Below are positions 11,536-14,437 of a stretch of DNA of 14,437 bases, piece after piece. Origin of the DNA: PVC group bacterium (GTDB lineage Bacteria; GCA-001730085; JADFSZ01); assembly GCA_022560555.1 (NCBI GenBank), contig JADFSZ010000021.1:1-14437 (forward strand), written 5' to 3'. The notes beneath the pieces were generated by a model, which was not told the DNA's origin, did no database searches, and saw nothing but the letters and a program-made list of their open reading frames with translations. Position 1 is the stretch's first letter, and each line of letters opens with the position of its first letter. A program made the position numbers and the translations under genes.

Positions 11536-12768
11536 TTAATTCCGATTATGGTAAAAGTGATTCAGTACGTTTTGAGATATGAAAGAGGATACGCGAACCC
11601 CTTCAGGCACATATTGAATTTTCAATATTCTACCATGCTTCTTAAAATAATCCAACCATTGCCCCTCATGAAACCCTAAGGTCACATCCACACGTGAAAA
11701 ACACTTCTCTGCTTCATTTATAAAGGCATTTGTCAGCTTTTTTAATCCAATTTTTTTAGTCGCGGATACAAAATAGGCATCGTTATAAACACCCTTGAGC
11801 TCACCGATTCGAAACCGCTCTTTAACAGCATCAATTTTATTAAAAACCGTTAAATACGGTTTATCGTGAGCTCCCAGTTCTTTTAGAACTGATTTAATTG
11901 TGTCGTATTGATTTTGAGGATTTCTTTCGTTAGCGCCAAGAACATAAACAAGCAAATCAGCATGATTAATTTCCGTTAATGTCGCGGTAAAAGAAGCCAC
12001 CAGATTATGGGGCAATTTATTGATAAATCCTACCGTATCGGTAATGACAATAGGAACGCCATTTTTAAATTTAATTTTACGCGAAACCGTATCAAGGGTG
12101 GCAAATAGTTTATCATCTACCAAAACATTAGCCCCTGTCAGATGATTCAGCAAAGTTGACTTACCCACATTTGTGTATCCAATGAGTACGATTTTAAAAC
12201 AATTTTCACGGGCCTGAACCTCTTGATCTGCCCGACGAGAAATAATTTTCAGTTTTTTTTCAAGACGGTTGATACGATCACTCAATCGACGCCGGTCGAT
12301 TTCAAGTTGTGTTTCCCCCAATCCTCCGCGCCCGCCTATGCCGCCGTGAATGCGTGAAAAATGCGTCCACATTTTTCTGAGTCGGGGCATTAAATATCGC
12401 AATTGAGCTATTTCAATTTGCAGTTTTGCCTGACTCGTTTTGGCATGCAAGGCAAAGATTTGTAAAATCAGTTCCGTTCGATCAACAACTACACATTTCA
12501 AACTCTTTTCAAGATTTTTATACTGGGCAGGAGTTAATTCATTGTCAAATACCACCGTATCCATCCTTCCGGCGAGGACACGTTCTTTTACTCTCTCTAA
12601 GCGTCCCGATGATAGCAGCGAATGCGCGCATATTCCCCTGAACTTAAATTCGACGGTCTCAACGGCTCTCATCCCTAATGTGTCCACCAAGCCTTTCAAT
12701 TCAGCCAGAGATTCTTTCTCAAAACCAACAATCAGGGCCTTCCATTTCTTATCCTGCTTTAATTTCAT
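11536..12768 (-). CDS. hflX: GTPase HflX
   Basis: HflX N-terminal domain with ELILQIFALHAKTSQAKLQIEIAQLRYLMPRL and the glycine-rich GGIGGRGGLGETQLEIDRR. GTPase motifs: G1 GYTNVGKSTLLN, G3 DTVGF, G4 NKID. Confidence 0.95.
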   Translation of the reverse strand: MKLKQDKKWKALIVGFEKESLAELKGLVDTLGMRAVETVEFKFRGICAHSLLSSGRLERVKERVLAGRMDTVVFDNELTPAQYKNLEKSLKCVVVDRTELILQIFALHAKTSQAKLQIEIAQLRYLMPRLRKMWTHFSRIHGGIGGRGGLGETQLEIDRRRLSDRINRLEKKLKIISRRADQEVQARENCFKIVLIGYTNVGKSTLLNHLTGANVLVDDKLFATLDTVSRKIKFKNGVPIVITDTVGFINKLPHNLVASFTATLTEINHADLLVYVLGANERNPQNQYDTIKSVLKELGAHDKPYLTVFNKIDAVKERFRIGELKGVYNDAYFVSATKKIGLKKLTNAFINEAEKCFSRVDVTLGFHEGQWLDYFKKHGRILKIQYVPEGVRVSSFISQNVLNHFYHNRN

Positions 12769-12795
12769 ATGTTTACTTGAAAGGGATTGATCAGA

Positions 12796-14437
12796 TTAGT
12801 TCTCTGAAATAACTTCATCGAATATTTGAGAATCCAAAAGGGAATCTGCCTCCGACGCATTCAAAGTTTTTCCATGAATCACATCCAAACCGGAAAGAAC
12901 AGATGTGTCATTCGGGTTGATTTTTAAGGCTATTTCAAGATTTTTGACAGCGAGACTATAGTTATTCAGTTTGTAATAGGCTAGCCCCAGGTTTTTGTAC
13001 GCAACAACATTTTGGGGATCAATTTTGGTCGCTTTTCGAAATTCTGATATCGCGGAGGAATACATTTTCTTTTTTAAATATGCAACTCCGAGATTAATCC
13101 GGGCTCCGATATTCAACGGATCCAATTTTGTCGCCGCGTAAAACTCTCTCATAGCGGTATTAAAATCTTCTTTTTCGAGATATCGATTCCCGTTGTCAAT
13201 ATGTTTTGCGACTTTTAATTGATCATAGGAGTTCAGACCGGATTCGGTCGGAGAATCATCCAGATTCGTTAGTTTACGCCGATTATGAACATTTTTCACC
13301 AATCTTTCTCGCCTCATTTGGGCAATTTGAGTGGACAAATACTTTCCTTGTTGCTGATACGACTCAATCTGTTGGGCCAGTTCCTTTTTAATTTGGCTCG
13401 ATTCTTTCGATGATGCACCCATAGGCTCATGGACGGGTTCATCCAACTCGTTTTTCTTAGACACCGCATGGGCCTTGAGGTTTTTCCTATCTTTCAAGGC
13501 AATGTTTAATCTATCAATTCTGCCTTTTAAATAGCTATTTTCCTTTCGAGTCACTTCCATGAGGTTTGTGATATCTTTTAAGCGAAATTCAAACATCTGC
13601 ACTTTTTGTTCGCTCCCAACCAAATCACTTGTCACTTCTTCAATTTGTCTTCTGAGAGACGCAATCTCTTGCTCACTTTGAAGCTTTTGCTGACGATGAC
13701 GTTCTTCAATTCTATTCAACAGCTCGTTTTGTCCCGCGATCGCTTGATCTTGCCGTTCATCCAGCGCAACAATGGATTGCTCCAATTCTTTGCTTTCGCT
13801 GAGCAATACGACATATTTCCCCTCAAGCTCAACATTCGCATCTTTCAACTCAAAATAATCCTGCGTCATTTTATTAAGGTTGACGGACATTTGCGTCTTC
13901 TCGCTTAAAAGATCTTGAGATGTCTTCTTTTCCTGCTCCAACAGATTGTTAACGTCACTCACCTTTAAAAACCACATCCTCTCAAGCTCTCCCTCTGCCT
14001 CTTCCAAGCCGGCAACCACAATTTTTGTGTTTTTGAGACGAAGGTCCTGGTCCCGGACCTTCCGGGTAAGATCACGCTTCTCTTCAAACAGCATATCCAG
14101 CCGGTGATTCAATTCCTTATTTTTCGCCTTAATCTCACCGGTTTCACTGACAAGCATTTGATACAGTCGGTCAAGATTCTTAAATTTTTCGCTTTGATCT
14201 TGGACTTTACCGCTTAATTCATTGTTTGCCTTTTGAGCAGCTAAAAGATCGGTTTGAAAATTCCGCTTATCCTCCGTGATCTTCATTTTTTCTTTGTCCA
14301 TAGTTGCATACTGGTCCTTCAGGATTTTTAGATCGATTTTGGCTTTTTCAATTTGTTGGATTTTCAGAGAAAGCTTATTCACATCCCGATCCTTTTTACT
14401 AATCTCTTCACGGAGCACGGCCATCTGTTTTTCATCT
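12796..14437 (-). CDS. Long coiled-coil protein with C-terminal TPR repeats, function unknown; reading frame is open to the window edge (probably 5'-truncated)
   Basis: About 400 aa of heptad-like, K/E/Q/L-rich sequence (EKAKIDLKILKDQYATMDKEKMKITEDKR ...). Roughly three TPR units follow (NTAMREFYAATKLDPLNIGARINLGVAYLKKKMYSSAISEFRKATKIDPQNVVAYKNLGLAYYKLNNYSLAVKNLEIALKINPND). Codons upstream of ATG 14424 (..DEKQ) continue without a stop to position 14437. Confidence 0.8.
   Translation of the reverse strand, partial: DEKQMAVLREEISKKDRDVNKLSLKIQQIEKAKIDLKILKDQYATMDKEKMKITEDKRNFQTDLLAAQKANNELSGKVQDQSEKFKNLDRLYQMLVSETGEIKAKNKELNHRLDMLFEEKRDLTRKVRDQDLRLKNTKIVVAGLEEAEGELERMWFLKVSDVNNLLEQEKKTSQDLLSEKTQMSVNLNKMTQDYFELKDANVELEGKYVVLLSESKELEQSIVALDERQDQAIAGQNELLNRIEERHRQQKLQSEQEIASLRRQIEEVTSDLVGSEQKVQMFEFRLKDITNLMEVTRKENSYLKGRIDRLNIALKDRKNLKAHAVSKKNELDEPVHEPMGASSKESSQIKKELAQQIESYQQQGKYLSTQIAQMRRERLVKNVHNRRKLTNLDDSPTESGLNSYDQLKVAKHIDNGNRYLEKEDFNTAMREFYAATKLDPLNIGARINLGVAYLKKKMYSSAISEFRKATKIDPQNVVAYKNLGLAYYKLNNYSLAVKNLEIALKINPNDTSVLSGLDVIHGKTLNASEADSLLDSQIFDEVISEN

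Noticed and set aside
11019-13908. Track ORFs 11019..11213 (+), 11182..11499 (-), 12426..12790 (+, two frames), 13206..13391 (+), 13606..13908 (+)
   Set aside because: They are shadow ORFs within the exosortase, hflX and coiled-coil genes. Repetitive AT-rich coding sequence on the opposite strand readily yields stop-free stretches.

Overview
AT-rich bacterial chromosomal window holding a PEP-CTERM/exosortase-type surface-polysaccharide locus together with its sigma-54 regulatory module.

**Left end, minus strand**
- Two tandem paralogous prepilin-type (G/A|FTLVE) pilin-like genes. The first runs off the window edge and is missing from the ORF track.
- A family-2 glycosyltransferase.

**Centre, plus strand**
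- One tightly packed three-gene operon.
- A soluble REC-GAF-PAS-HisKA-HATPase kinase.
- An NtrC-family sigma-54 enhancer-binding response regulator (PrsR-like).
- A 992-aa TPR lipoprotein (PrsT-like).

**Right end, minus strand**
- A long coiled-coil/TPR protein, open at the window edge, then hflX, then a compact exosortase 1 nt after the hflX stop.
- A 356-bp AT-rich intergenic region.
- PilZ, then a small phosphoglycosyl (bacterial sugar) transferase, then a second PilZ.

**Signals read directly from the DNA**
- Three intergenic near-consensus sigma-54 promoters (TTGGCAT-N6-TTGC), all on the minus strand: in front of each pilin-like gene and in front of the PilZ/sugar-transferase unit.
- A 33-nt element, 26/33 identical without gaps, upstream of two of those promoters. 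It is a candidate enhancer site for the encoded sigma-54 activator.
- A degenerate ~17-bp tandem repeat array fills the PilZ/sugar-transferase intercistronic gap and displays repeated UAAGGA Shine-Dalgarno-like motifs.
- The sugar transferase starts with MPEPSSIILISSGLGGILIRYVR, which looks like a PEP-CTERM sorting signal placed at an N-terminus.

No canonical PEP-CTERM cargo gene, tRNA, rRNA, CRISPR array or mobile element was seen. Taxon cannot be determined from this window alone. All family assignments come from motif recognition by eye, not database searches.
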